DNA of 64,000 nt from Raillietiella orientalis. Its lineage: Eukaryota. Positions 14,002 through 27,769 of the stretch are shown piece by piece. The stretch lies in NCBI GenBank assembly GCA_036172245.1, contig JAYWIR010000013.1, forward strand, positions 1,612,001 through 1,676,000. The letters run 5' to 3'. The position numbers and the translations under genes are program-made. Numbering within the stretch: position 1 is the stretch's first letter; the number at the start of each line of letters is the position of its first letter. A model generated the notes under the pieces. The model was given only the letters and a program-made list of their open reading frames with translations, searched no databases and was not told the origin of the DNA.

Positions 14002-14007
14002 AATAAA
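14002..14007 (+). promoter_or_regulatory. Probable polyadenylation signal of the lipocalin gene
   Basis: AATAAA about 120 nt after the stop codon, followed by a T-rich tract. Confidence 0.5.
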
Positions 14008-17000
14008 ACATAAAATGTTTACTTGGACTTCCTTTTTTCTTGGTTGTGTCGATCGATAACTGCGAAGATTCGAAAAAAGAATTACCTCCTGCTGATTCAC
14101 ATACGTTGTAACGATTACTACTTTTGATGTGTTACATAATTTCTCGAAGGCAGGCGTTGAATATGTGTTCCAACTGCAAATAATTTCCCCGGTTTTATTC
14201 CACCTGGCACTCTGGCAACGTGGTCAGCAGTTCGACCTCACCAAGGTGAATTCACCCCAGCAGAAAGCGATGCGTGTACGTTGAATTCTCCAAATCATTG
14301 TACACCGATCCCATGATCAGGCAGGCTCAACTCTGGTTACTGACGTTGCTTTTTTTTCGTTCTAATTCGAACTACATTTTCGCCGAGTAGATTTCCCTCC
14401 AAGAGCTGCGATTGCAAGTTCTTCGAGGAAAAACAATTCATTATAAAATGTTTCGAACTCTGGACACCAAAGGGTAATAATACATGTGGAGTTCTTGCAA
14501 GATTCTGCAGCACATTTCAAAGGGGTCAAGTTTTCTCTGTGAATCCATGCCACCTCAGACTGCAGATAGTGAAGTCTCTTTGAATGCACTCACAGGATAC
14601 TCATGGAATTCTGTGCTTGAATGTACCACGGTTCTAAGAAGTGCCTTGAGTGCGTTCGGAGGTTTCCCTCAGGATCTGAATACAAGTCATTAACACAGAA
14701 TCGAGCAAAGAGGACTCTGGCTGCTCTTTGAAGACTTGTTGCTTCGAAGATTTGTGGATTTGCCTTGAGCAGTTCCTCTTCGTTAGAAAGATTTTTCTTA
14801 ATAGGTTCTGATTGGAAGCAAAGTGCCAGCTGATAAAGTTCTGCATGAATGGTGCCACTATTGATGGTAGCTTATGAGAACACGAAGATGACGTGATGAT
14901 ACCTCGGCCATCTCACTCAAAGGACAGTCATCTCTTTCTCTCCCTAAACACGAATGCCTGCAGTGCATCGTGTTCCACATTAGCCCGATGATTTAATGGA
15001 CTTAAGAAGCAATCTGTGTTGCGTGTGTCTTTTTTGTCTGCAGTGTTATTAAAACTCTCTGTTTCTCCGGTCAAGCTTGTACTTCTCTCCTTGTCAACAG
15101 GCAAATTTTTTTTTTTTTTCTAATCCTCTGCAAACATCTATGAAAACTACACATTGCATGAACTCAATTGTTCGAGAAGTCTGTGAGCGATTTCGCTGTT
15201 AATTCTCGACTACCAAAATTGGCATTATGGTGGCAACATAAAATCAACAGTGATTCGGCATTCCGGAGACACTTAAACTGGCATTATTCAGATACAGAAC
15301 CGTATATCTTCTCTGTATGTATCTTAATTGCTGACTTACGACTCAGCACCCAAATAGTACGAATGCCTTCATAACTTCAGGATCTCTTTATTAATCCAGC
15401 CACAATGTGTTTTCCGGTATTTCGTCTCATTCAACAGAACGTGCAGAAAAACAGACCTCTGTCCAAGGGGACTCCTCTCTTTTGGAGCAGCAGGCAAAAT
15501 CAGTCTCCTGGTGATCTAACGCAGCATTCGAAATAAAAGCTCATTCTGAACTGTTTTTATTCGAGTGCATTTGAACTTTTGTTTATAAAATTAATTAACT
15601 AAAAGCTAGAGAACAGAGAGGGACGCTGTTTTTTCTTTGGATCGTACAAAGGCTGGTTGGAATATGCTTCATTATCAGTACCTTTTATCTCATAAAAAGC
15701 AAGTGTCCTGAGGCCTGGACTAACACATGCGTCTATGATCTGAGAAGATACTATCAAATGGAACACAAGAAAACCCGATGGGCAGCATATGATGCCGGAC
15801 CAACAAGATCAAAAGCGTTAGTGCTATCAATCAAAAGATAATGTTGCATTGATGCACTTCTGGGAAATTTGGTGTCAAGAACAAAAACCATGGTAAAAGA
15901 AAAACGCAAAACTATTTGTTCAATCAATGGAATACTAATTTTCGTGAAGCGAATTCAGAGTTTCTTTTTTCATCTCAAGATTCAAAAATTCACGTCAGAC
16001 TGACGATTTTCTATATTGACGATTGAAATAGAATATGGTTTTTCAAACTCAATAGAAATCTATCATCAGAACTACATTTATGGCCTTCACGGAGATGAAA
16101 CTAGTTTCTCAGGATGATTGTGACTATTTAGACATATGGCAAAAAGAACTCTACTCTGCATCATCCAGAATTGTCAACTGAGGGGGGAACAAATTAAGTC
16201 AACAAGTTGTTGAAAGTGTTACTAGAAGTTAAAGGACAGTATTTGTCTTCATTTAGCCTCAGAACACACATAAAACAAATGTTGAATAGCAACTGACTGA
16301 AGCCAAGTGCATGCTGGAGATTTTTTCATTCTTAATTATTCTGAAAATTGTAAACCAAATAAATCACTGAATTACTGACTGACAAAAGCAACAGTGTCCA
16401 GAGGTATGACCATTTTTTTTTTTTGGAAATGATTTATGTTTCCATGTGTTTTTTTTTCATTAGCCAATATCCAGTTCTGGACTTTGAACAAGAAATATAA
16501 ATATCCAGATGCAAAACTAGAAATCCCATGCATTTGCTCATAATCAATTAGTTGACTAGATATAGAAAAGCTCCCTCAAGGGTCTTTAGTTCTGTACAGA
16601 TACCTCAATTCATTTATTGGACTACGACGAGAAGCTCAAACTTCAAATAGTTTCTAAGATTTCTATTTTGCAATATTAGAGTTTTCATTGATAAAAAATC
16701 AGGTAACAACTATTATGGGAAAACCATGACATGATACATTATGTAGACAGGAAACACAAAAGTTGTAAAAAAAGGGGGTTAAAGAGCATTCACGAACAAA
16801 AGCTTTTCATCAACCAACATTTTGATACAAACAGTATGTGTCAATCTGTTGTCTTGAAGAGTTTATTATTGCACGAAATTCCTAAACTTTTTGTAATTTT
16901 TAAAACTACGAAATACAAGACATGACAACGATTTCTTGCCCCCAAATCAATGCTGTGCTTCTTCTTATAACTTGACCGAACCTAATAGTGAGACTACGAA

Positions 17001-19174
17001 TTTTGACCTCTCTCGATTGAGTGTCTAAAAAAGCTCGAAGTCAGGGGAGTTGTAGGGCACTTAGCACTCTCGGAATGTAGTTAAAAAATCATTTTTAATA
17101 CCATTAACAATAACAGATTAGGAGCATCATGGATGTTTAGGAATATTGGTCTACTTAGCAAAAATGACCATTATTAAATGCTGAAGATATTTTTGTTTAG
17201 CGTTTTCATAAAGAGATATAAAAAAACATCGGTAATCGCTGGACCTATTTTCAGGATGTAACAACGAAGTTGTCAGCAAAAGCATCTCAAAAAGCAGAAA
17301 ACACAAAACAAATTCTCTCCTATCCATACCTAACGCACAAAATTATCTCGTCAAAAGGGTTTTCTTAGGACATCCCGCAAATGATTACATTTCCGGAACT
17401 CCGTCAATGAATCAGTCATTTCGAGGGGGGGGGGGGGGAGGAAGGCGACCTTTCGGTTTTATTGAGTGAATACACATTGAACTTACTGTTTCTTGCAATC
17501 AGTTTTTTTAGAGGAGACCGAATAACACTGGGAAAATTTTCAGAAAAGTTCTGTTCTAACTAAATGTTCTGTTTCTTGTCTGTTTTCATGTTTGGACAGG
17601 GTCTTATGCTTTCGGTTTTTCATTTCCAATTAGATGGTTTGAATAAGAATATTTTCGCAATCTCCTTTGATGAACTGGTATGAGTCATCTCCAAAGTTGA
17701 GCAGAGTTGGAAGATCTTTAAAAATAAGTACTACGAGCAACATTGCTAACAGCCTGTGAGGAGAACGAGTTACACTGTGTTTTCTGAAACTAAAAATTCA
17801 TATGATCCGATACGGCTTCATGATACTCCAAGCTCTATTCTTCTGAGATCACAAACATTTCTTACTGTGCACTTTCTAAATGTAAACGGAATTTCTTAAT
17901 CTTGGTTCAGAATGCCAGTTGTGAAGAAAACATCATGATCGAACAGGGGAATAGAAACTCTCATGTATCGACTCAACAATTCAACATTAAGATAGAAATA
18001 TCAAAAAAAAAGCTGAAATTAATTAGCTTCATCAACAAGAGTAGTGTTAACTGTATAGCAAGCAGCCAATTAAGTCCCTTTCTTTAAATTCTATCAGTGA
18101 ATATCTCAATAATGTAACCCATGAAACTAGCGAAACTATTAATAAACAGAACATAAATTTTGCAGTCAATATAAAACTACTCAGAAGAAATAAAAAATTA
18201 AAAAGAATGGACAGTAAATAGAAAATAAGTGCCGCTCCTGTGTATATTTGCAGGAGGACCAATAGTAAATGCCTTAGAAGGTCGTATTTTACAAGAGAAC
18301 TACAACAGACTTGGATCAAATTCAGTAGCAATTTCTAGGTGCAACGGAATTCTACTAATAAATGATCCAATATTCCAGTATAATTATGTTCCTTGAAGAT
18401 ACTTGCAACATATAGCATGTTTCTCTAAACAAAAAGCAGTTATGTTTTTCATCAAACTCAATCATACACAGGTGTTATTTCAAGATTTTGGAAGAAATTA
18501 TGTGAGAAACTCTAAATTGCAACAATCGCTTACAATACATGTTGGTTTCAGAAAATTAATTATTCTTGTTGCTGCTAGCTGTTGAGCTAGAAATCTTCTT
18601 TTGGTCTAGTGGTGCGTAGTACTTTAAATAGAATAGCTGATTTTATTTTTTACAGATGGTATTTCAGTATTTAATTTATTCAAGCATCTAAGGATCGAAT
18701 TACATTTCAAGATAATCAGATGTGAGGTTTCAGACTAAAAGCTCATATATTTTAAAAAAGCATAAACTTATCACAAATAGCATCGGAAGGCATTCTATGA
18801 AAGAAAATGATAAAAAACTCATTAAGAGCCTTAATATCAGTCTGTATTTATCGTTAGGAGTCCAAACAAATATAGATTAAGCCTCTCATGTACTTCAAAA
18901 AAATCTGATCAACTTAGAATAAATGATATCTCAATCAACTATATGGTTGACAATATTAACAAGGACATGACAATATTAACCTAAGGCAAACTATAGCAAC
19001 TTATAAAATGCTATCCAAATAAAATAAAATATTGTTGTTCGTGTACTGGTAACTGAAGGGGAAATCTGTGATAGTAGCACGCAAACATCGGAGCGTAAAC
19101 ATACACACAGTGAACAGTCACGGAGCTTTGCGCTAATCAGTGCTCATTTCTAATACTCATTTCTTAATTTTGTT

Positions 19175-22100
19175 ATGGAATCAAAGTCTAATTTAAGAAA
19201 AAGACCCATTCCTAAAGGAAAATGGCAAGCATGTAAAGATTTTTTATACAATTCAAGTACAGGTGAAACTTGTGGAAGAACTCCTTCTGGTTGGGGTAAG
19301 TTTCAGAAGCCTTTGAAAATTGAAAGCTTTTGTTTTGATTATCATGTTAGCATCCAAGTGCGGTATTTGAATGAATCAAAATTATGTGCTGTACCATGCT
19401 TTATGTGCATCTCGAATAAGTTTATTTTCTTAGAATCTCAAATTATCCGTTGAACTTTGTATTCTTGTGGACAATTTTTGTATTTCTTCAAGGATTCTAA
19501 ACCCCCAAATGACTGGATTTGGATCTTCTCATGGGGCGTTTTAATAAACACAAAAAATCTCATATCTGAGTATTGTTGGAAAGAACGTATAACTCATTTG
19601 TCTTTGTATTTTTGTGATACTGCCTCACTTTGACTACGAATTCAAGCCAGTTTGGGTGTAATTTTTGAAGTCAGTGCATAAAGAGTGGAGTTTGCATTTT
19701 TATTCTCCTTTGAAAGGAATTTTTAGAAACATTAATGTAGTAGTCACTTCGGTATGCTACTGTGGTGCCCGAGATGCATTTTTCGCGTTTTCGGTCAACC
19801 TAAAATTTATTCTGATGCATTTAATACATCTAAAGTCATAACGCTGCATTCATTTCGAGGTAAACTTAAAGAATGGAAGAAGTGTCGTTCACAGACGTTT
19901 GCCAAATATAGCTTAGCATTAAGTCAGATTCTGATTATTTAAGTGTGATCAACATTTCCATCACAAGTCATTCGTATTGCAACTTTTGCAATAATTCAAT
20001 CTACGTGAATTTGGAAGGGGTTCATGTTCCTCTTGGACAAACAGATTATAATTTGGAACAAATGTGCATCTAATTTGAAAAGTTTTTTTATCATGATGTT
20101 CAGATGAGGAACATTTGGTATTTCTTGAATACAAAAATATTGTTGTGTAATGAAGTTTGGGAATAATCAAAAGAAAAAAACAAAAAAGCTTTCTTAAGTT
20201 TGCCATTAAAGTAGTGAGGTCTTAATACTCCTATGTAATTGTCCTTAGCCAGCCTTTAAATATTTTTCCTTGCAATCATGACGTATTCATGTATTTGTAC
20301 GCCGTTTCGGAAAACCAAGGAATCAAAAATTAATTGTATCTTGGTTTAATGACTAAAGTAGAATCTTCGAATTTTAAAATCAAACGTAAAGAATTCATCC
20401 TTGCAACTTACATTGGTTCTGGGATTCTGATGGGGCAAAAAACTTGGTTCATGGAGGTGAAATCAGTCATGATAGCACATTTCATTGGTAACTTTTGAAA
20501 TACGGATACAAAAAGCAATGGAAACATGATATTCAAAGTATATGAAAACAGGAATGTAAGCTTAAAGTGTTTCTTACTGAGTGCATAATTATTGTGTATT
20601 GTGTCAAAGAATAATTATGTGAGTAACCATCATAAGAGTTTTTCAAATTTTCTTTGGGGAGAAAAAAATTTACCAAACAGAGAATTGTTTAAAAATATCA
20701 CAAGCATTTGAAGAGGCTATAGAAAATAGCATTGTAACTATTAGTTTTTGTTCAGAACTATTGTAGTATGTGTATTACATCATATCTTCTAAGCTAGCAG
20801 TATAAATTACTTAAATTAGATGTGCAAGTGGAAGGCATTGTTCAAACCATTGTTTTGTATTTTGTGCATTAATGATCTAGTAGCTTTGCTGGATTAAAAA
20901 TTTGCAAACAAATTATACTCCTAAACAAAATATTGAAATCTTGAAAAAAATAATCTATTGCTTCCATGCAGAGAAATTAGCTAATTGCACAAAATGTACA
21001 CAAAAAACAATCATTATTATTGGCACTGCATACACATTTATCAGTAAAACATCAGAAATTGGACATCCTATGGAGCTTAATTCATGCAGTGTATTTGAGA
21101 AGTTTAGAAGTCTTGGGTAAAAAATCCTTAAAGTGAAGAAATGGAGTTAGACAAATGCTTAAAGCCAAAATTCCCTGCTCAGTTTTAATAGTATAAACAA
21201 CTTTGTTTCTCTGTTCCTAAGGGTTTTCATAGATGCAATTCACTTGTTGGCAAGAGTTTTGTGTCTCATTATGAATTCATGTAGACGAAGCATGATCTTG
21301 TAAAGTTCAAGTGAAGTCGTTTTTTTTTTTATTTTCATTACTTCTTGGAAATTCCGCTTTTTTAAAAAATTTAGAATGCATTTGAAATACAGGTGAATAT
21401 ACAGTAATTAGTGTCACAGTTTAAACAGTAAGCATTTATAATGCTTACTGGTAAAGCAGCAGCAATAACTAATAGTAACAAAATTGGATAATTCATATTT
21501 GTTGTAGTTATTCCTTTAATGTTAGATACAGAAGCAGCTAGAATTTTTGTAGGCTCACACTGAAGCATCCTGATATTGTAAAAAAATCTCCAGTGAGTTG
21601 TGTTATTGTACATTCGAAAATCTTACTGTTTGAATTTTGCCTCATGAACAGGCATAGGTTTTAAGGATCGATTCAATTTTCGACGTAAATCTTTTGATCT
21701 TATAAATTGAATGCTCAGTTAGATAATGTGGAATAGAATGAGTGGTACATGCATGTTTTGAAAATTAATTATTTTAAAAGAAGTGTCCCAACAGATTAGA
21801 GTATTGATGCGTTTCCAAATAATTTTGTTTGATGTTATTGTTTGGTCATAACTTGGGTGTATTCGGAATTTTTGTTTTATTCGATATTTTCTTCCATGTA
21901 GCCACATTTCTAGTACAGAATTTCTAGAACTTGATATTTGTTTGGAACTGTAATTTTTCTTTGGTGTCAGTAGCATTTTGATAATTTTATTTTATAATAT
22001 TCAAAAGCTTTGCAGTAATTATGATTTAAAATTTTATGGTGAACCAATATTTATCAAGTGACTTGCAACTGTATGTTTTCCTAATAATGTGATGTGATGT

Positions 22101-23127
22101 TTTGTCATTACTGAAGTTGTATTTGTGCCCTATGTTTTACAGTTCAGATCATCACCTTTTATATCATTTTCTATATATGTCTGGTGGCTTTTTGGGTAAT
22201 TTTATATTTGATATTTTATCAAACGTTGGACCCCACTCACCCTAAATGGCAACTCAATTCAGGCATTATTGGTACCAATCCTGGTAAGTAGGTGTATAGG
22301 AGGATATTTTATAGTACTCATTTCATGTCTAGGGCTAGGTTTTCGACCGATGCCATCCGATAGCAAGATGGAAAGCACACTTATTTGGTTCTTACCAGGA
22401 AAAGATGGGAATTATTATCATTTTAGTAATGAGTTAGAGGCCTATTTATCCCGTTAGTTATCGTTTTGTTTTGTTTTTGGTGAAAATAAGCTGTATCTTT
22501 TTCAGGTTATGAAAAAAAAGACCAAGACACCAATATTGGAGAAACTCTAACCAATTGTGATTTTGATAATCCTCCTGCAGAAGATAAAGCTTGTTATTTT
22601 GACATTGCCCCACTTTCAGATATCAATTGTAATAAAGAAAATGAATTTGGATATCATAAAGGTCAACCATGTGTGCTCGTCAAGCTAAATAAGGTGATTT
22701 ATTTTTTTAATTGATATTTTAGTCCGTAGTTATATATTTCTAGATTTATGGATGGAAGCCAGAAGTGTATCAGAATAGCTCTGAGTTACCTGATGACATG
22801 CCGATCTCATTGAAGAATCATATTATTGCAAATGAAAAGAAGCATGGTAAATTGCAGCCAATGATATGGGTATCATGCCATGGTGAAAATCCAGCTGACA
22901 TAGAAAATTTGGGTGCTGTGGAGTATAGTCCATGGCAGGGGTTCCCAGCGTATTTTTTTCCATATTCTAATGTACGAGGTTATCAAAGCCCACTTGTTGC
23001 AGTTAGTTTTCCTAATGTGATGAATGGTGTTCTTATAAATGTAGAATGTCGTTCTTGGGCAAAAAACATAAACTATGATAAAACTAATGGACTTGGCAAA
23101 ACACATTTTGAGCTATTGGTTGACTGA
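19175..23127 (+). CDS. Na+/K+-transporting ATPase subunit beta (nervana-like)
   Basis: Exons 19175-19295 (FLYNSSTGETCGRTPSGW), 22143-22283 (TM helix IITFYIIFYICLVAFW...IGTNPG), 22333-22452 (LGFRPMP), 22506-22693 (FGYHKGQPCVLVKLNK), 22744-23127 (IYGWKP...IWVSCHGENPADIEN...YQSPLVAV...NVECRSWAKNI...HFELLVD). Confidence 0.96.
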
Positions 23128-26100
23128 TTCAAGAAAAACATAGCATAGTAGAACGTTATTACTCATAGCATATATCAAGTAGATTTTATATGATTAAAAT
23201 ATACACATTTTATGTCTTTTTCTTATTTGAATTGTGGTTTTCATTCTTAATGTAGGTTGCCGAAATTTGAAACCCGAAATCTAAGAAAATCACGTTTAAG
23301 GTTATGATCAGTCGGAATTTGAACCAAATGAGGTTTAATCGATCTAACCGGAAAAAGAGCTGTATATTACACAATAAATAGAATAATCGATAGAATGATT
23401 TTCCTGTTATTCGTGAACATTTGGTAATTTTTCAAAAAATGTTTGCGACTCACGGTATTTGTATATTTTGGGTTAATGCAGCAAAGTAATCAACGCCTTT
23501 TTTTTTCATGTGCTATGATCGTGCAATTTCAGGATTCAGTGATTTTATCATTGTGTGTAATATAATGTGCAAATGAAGGTGTGTTAGAGAAGGCCTGTTT
23601 TCTCTTTTTTTTCCTCCCCCCCCCCCCCTCCCATCCCATAAAGTTGGGTATGCCAAATAAATTTGCAGTTTTATCACGATGCTTGGTGTGACTGAGTAGC
23701 AGTTGCCATTGGGAAGTCGACTGCTCCAATGTGAGCTCGAAGATTTTGTTTGGCCCGCGGGCATAAAGTAAATCGAAGGAATTCCCATGTAGTTTTCCTG
23801 TTTTTTTTGCCAATTCAGAAATATACAGTTAAACCTTGGATTTTAATGGTTTATCAAAACTTGAGACCTACAAGTGCGTGCATGCATTAATAAAGCATAG
23901 TGGCTACTCGGACGTTACACCGTCTACTTGACAGCGTTCCACACATGCTGGAGCATGAAGATGTGTTACCACTGCTTGAAGACAACGTTCCAGGCAGGCG
24001 CGGCCGCACACTTATGAAAATGAAGTCGAATTCTTTTATGGTTTCTTAGGTGGGGACTGGTCATTATGTAGATTATTGCACATATATATGTATACGTAAT
24101 GTTGATGCAGTTGTTGTGTCTACGTGAGTTCTTGATTACTCGGTTTGGGTTGATAAAATTCAAAAGCAACATTACACATTGGAGACCGAAAAGGAAATGC
24201 ACACCCCTTTATTTAAACAAGGACATAGAAATAACGTTGGGGGGAATGTTCTCTAATAGGCGAATGTGGCTCTGCTTTCGTATTGCCGATCGAATTTTCC
24301 ATGGAAGCTTTTGAATCTCGGTTCAGGAAGTCGAAGGTGGCGGGGATACATCAGGTTGCTGCTGCAGATGATCTTTATGCATACGAGGACTTTTCGTGTG
24401 TATGCCAAGCAAAGTCGTCTCTAGGATCAACTGGTTGGATCGAGCACACAACTGCAGATGTGTTTGGCAAAAGTTTCTTGAAATTCTCTTGCGGCCGAGC
24501 TCAGGCATTCAGCAGCAAAAGTGCTTTGATTCTGGAAATTCAGAGTCCCAGTTACAGTTCAGCACTCGGGCAAGGTTAGATAAAAAGGAACTGGTGTTCA
24601 GCTCATGGTTCTCCTCAGTAAAATCATGCTTTTCCTCGTTGAAAGTGTGGATCGGTTGAGTTGGAATGTTTCAAGTGTTTTTCCCTTTTCGATCTTGCAA
24701 CCTTCGACGATGCAAAAAAGGCTCCGTTTGTGTTGCAGATCTTTAGAATGAGTATCGTCTAAACTAATCAGGCGCAAAAAGGCGAAGCACGAATCACTTC
24801 TGGGTTAATGAACACGTTCGTCCTTATTCCTCCAAACTTTCAGTCTTATCTACTACAGCACAATCAATCTTGCCAAACAGCTTGAGGTTGAGTGATGAAG
24901 CTTCATATTTTTCATTCATACTTAAGCTACAGAGTTTTTTTTTTTTTTTTTGCACTTCCTGGTCCACGATTCAGCCGAGCTCTCTTTGCAGCGGGACAGC
25001 TGTAAATCAGGTCGATAAACACTTCCAAGTCCTTCCGTTTCTCGACCTCATACTGCATCTGTTGATAACCGTTTCATTGCAAGTCGCATTTTTCAACCAT
25101 TTTTTCCCTCATGTTATGACACGGAATATCAAGTCGAGAAAGCTGACGACTTCCAAAAAAAAAAAAATGCCTTTTTTTTTTTTTTTTTTTGAGAAAAATG
25201 TCACAGACACACAAAACCGGTGATTCATGAACGAGTTCGTCTCAGCAGCCAACGCTTGCTCAGCTTTCTAGAAGGAAACTTCCAACTTTCGTTTTCAAAG
25301 TTTGCTTCGGTCCTATCGAACGGTAACCTGGGCTACTCGGATGCCTGGCCCGCAACTACGTCATGACGAACCTTCTGATCTTTTTGAGCTGATCTCTGCG
25401 GTACCGTAAAGGCGCCTCTCTGTCTTTGGTCAGCTGTCGCGATGCTGTTCCCAGACCCAATTTAACCCGGAATTGCACCAGCAATTCTATTCTCTCCCTG
25501 TTTCTTCAAGTTACTTCGATATCTATCTTCAGAGGAAAGATGCGTGGTGCTGAAGTGGCAGTTGCATCCCAAATCCTTTTGGCTTTTAACAGATCAAGCA
25601 GATAGCTTTCCCCATATTTCCTCGCGCTCTTTTCCCTGAGAGCGTGCCCACGCTTGTTTGCCTCGGTTTTCACGAACTATGTCGACAGAAGACGTAAAGG
25701 CACAACTACAAGCATTAACAGAAGACACCAAAAAGTTGCCAGTACAAACTTCAATAACGGGCAGCTATCTGGGAAACAGCTTGCGTGATCCTCAGAACCA
25801 GTCATTTCTTTGCGGGTGTTCTTACTTGTGTTCCTGCCTCTGCTGATCACAGTATCGTTCTATTTAGAACATACGGGTGGGCGTGAAACGATGATGTTCC
25901 ACGTGAAACGATAAATGATTTAAAAATCTCTAACGCGTGTCTTCAAAGGACAAAACCTCGATTCACTTGAAGGTAGAAATCATAGAGAGCTTACTGTTGA
26001 ATGCAACACTCGCAAATCGGCAGTCTTTTTTTTTTTTTTTCAGCAGGAGTTGTGGCACAAAATCATTTACCGACTGATGGTGCCATCCTTTTCAGGATGC

Positions 26101-26200
26101 TTGTGCTCAAGAGCCTGTGGAGTAATCATGTGCCTTTTCAGCAATACGAATCGGATCCCCTGAATATCATCACTCTGATGAAAAATGAAGGTGCAGGATA

Positions 26201-26235
<35 letters not shown>

Positions 26236-27769
26236 CACGAAAAGGTGCACATGTAGGGGATAGCGAACACGTGCCTCGTGCTAACGAGACGGAAAACCTA
26301 GAATTGCGATTTGTGGATATCGGAAGATCCAAAGTAGTTGCCAGCTGTCACAATTTATTCGAGTGTTTTCTAAGGTATCTGCACCGGGGGGAGATGGGGG
26401 GAGGGGGAGAGGTCGTTTGCGTAAATATTAAAACCACAGTGTACGAAGCTCTCACATCTCTTGAGATTCTCTTCTGGCCCAGCTCAAACATCCAGCATCA
26501 AATCCTCCTATTTATACATTTTTCTGGAGTCTCAGGATTGTAGCCGTCAGCCATCAGGTCAAGTGGCTCAACCTTCCGTGGATGGGAGTCAGGGTAGAGA
26601 GCAATGGAATGCCATAGAAAGTGCAGGAGTTAGGGGTGCCTGGATTTCGAGGAACGAAAGAATTGATGTGATCGGCGGCGATGAAAGACTTTAGCTGCAG
26701 ATAGAAATACCTCCTGTAATTAAAACAGTTTCCGGCACTATGATCTTATTGAGCGATGCAGTGCAAGGGTAAAAATATCTGTATAAATTTCGAATAGGGA
26801 GTCTTGTATGAACGCTCACTTTCTTTAAAAAGCGTATATTTGGTTAAGAAACCGCTCTGGAAACATGGAACGTCCTTACTATTATTGTTATTTGATCACA
26901 TGATTAAAATCATCACGAGTAAGGTTCCTGTTTTTCGTCTTTCTTAACCGTCGTATTGTCATCCAGCAACATTTTCAGTTTCCTTCTGTAAAGAACGGGT
27001 GCCGAGAAACGAGTAAAAGGATGGTATTGAATATCGTCAGTTGTCAACTGCAAACCGGAAATCACATGGCGGAGACTTTGACATTTTCTATGGAAAAAAT
27101 CAAAATCACAATCGAATAGTGCATGAAATGCTGCTATGAAAGCTAGGAATCCCTTGCCTATCCAGATCTCGCGTGCTTTTGCGCTGTGTTCTACTGATGC
27201 CAAGCTCCCAAATCTGTTTGAATTTGTGATTTAATGTACTCATGGGCTGAGTTGGGTTCGCCCACAAACATTTCTCATGATTTTCGCCCCAATCGTCAGC
27301 TCCACACCGTGGGCTCGCCAATACAGTCCGTGGCGTAACTGCGGAGCAAACCTTCAGCTACGAAGTGTTCCTTCAAGGACGTTGTGTGCTCTAGTGTTCG
27401 TGTCCTTGAAAAATTGCGAACGACAGAAAGTCGGAAATGGCGATCCGGTTGACGTATCTATTCCCGGAGGATCGTGAGACGTCCTCATGTGGAGCACAAG
27501 CAACGTGGGCCTCTTTTCATTTCGCGATGATGCTGCGGAGCGGATTCGATTCCTGTGGGGGTGCGATGGATGCAGAAAGGAGGGTTAGGTCACATCCAAA
27601 TCTTGTTCCAGCGAGTGTCTTCCACGAATGCTGTTCTTACTGCTTCTCAAACACTCGCAAGGCGACGGCACAGCAGTCAAAAATGCAAAGCTTGGTACGC
27701 GGAACTTTAAATTTTGAATTTAAATTTAAAATCCAAGTAAAGTCCATAGTTTTGTTGCCACTTCTTCGA

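Noticed and set aside
14480..16350. Faint LINE/RTE-like peptide traces between the lipocalin and ATPase beta genes
   Set aside because: Too degenerate to support a call or boundaries by eye.
26001..26543. 180-aa ORF with poly-Lys
   Set aside because: The poly-Lys comes from a genomic poly(A) run; no domain signal.
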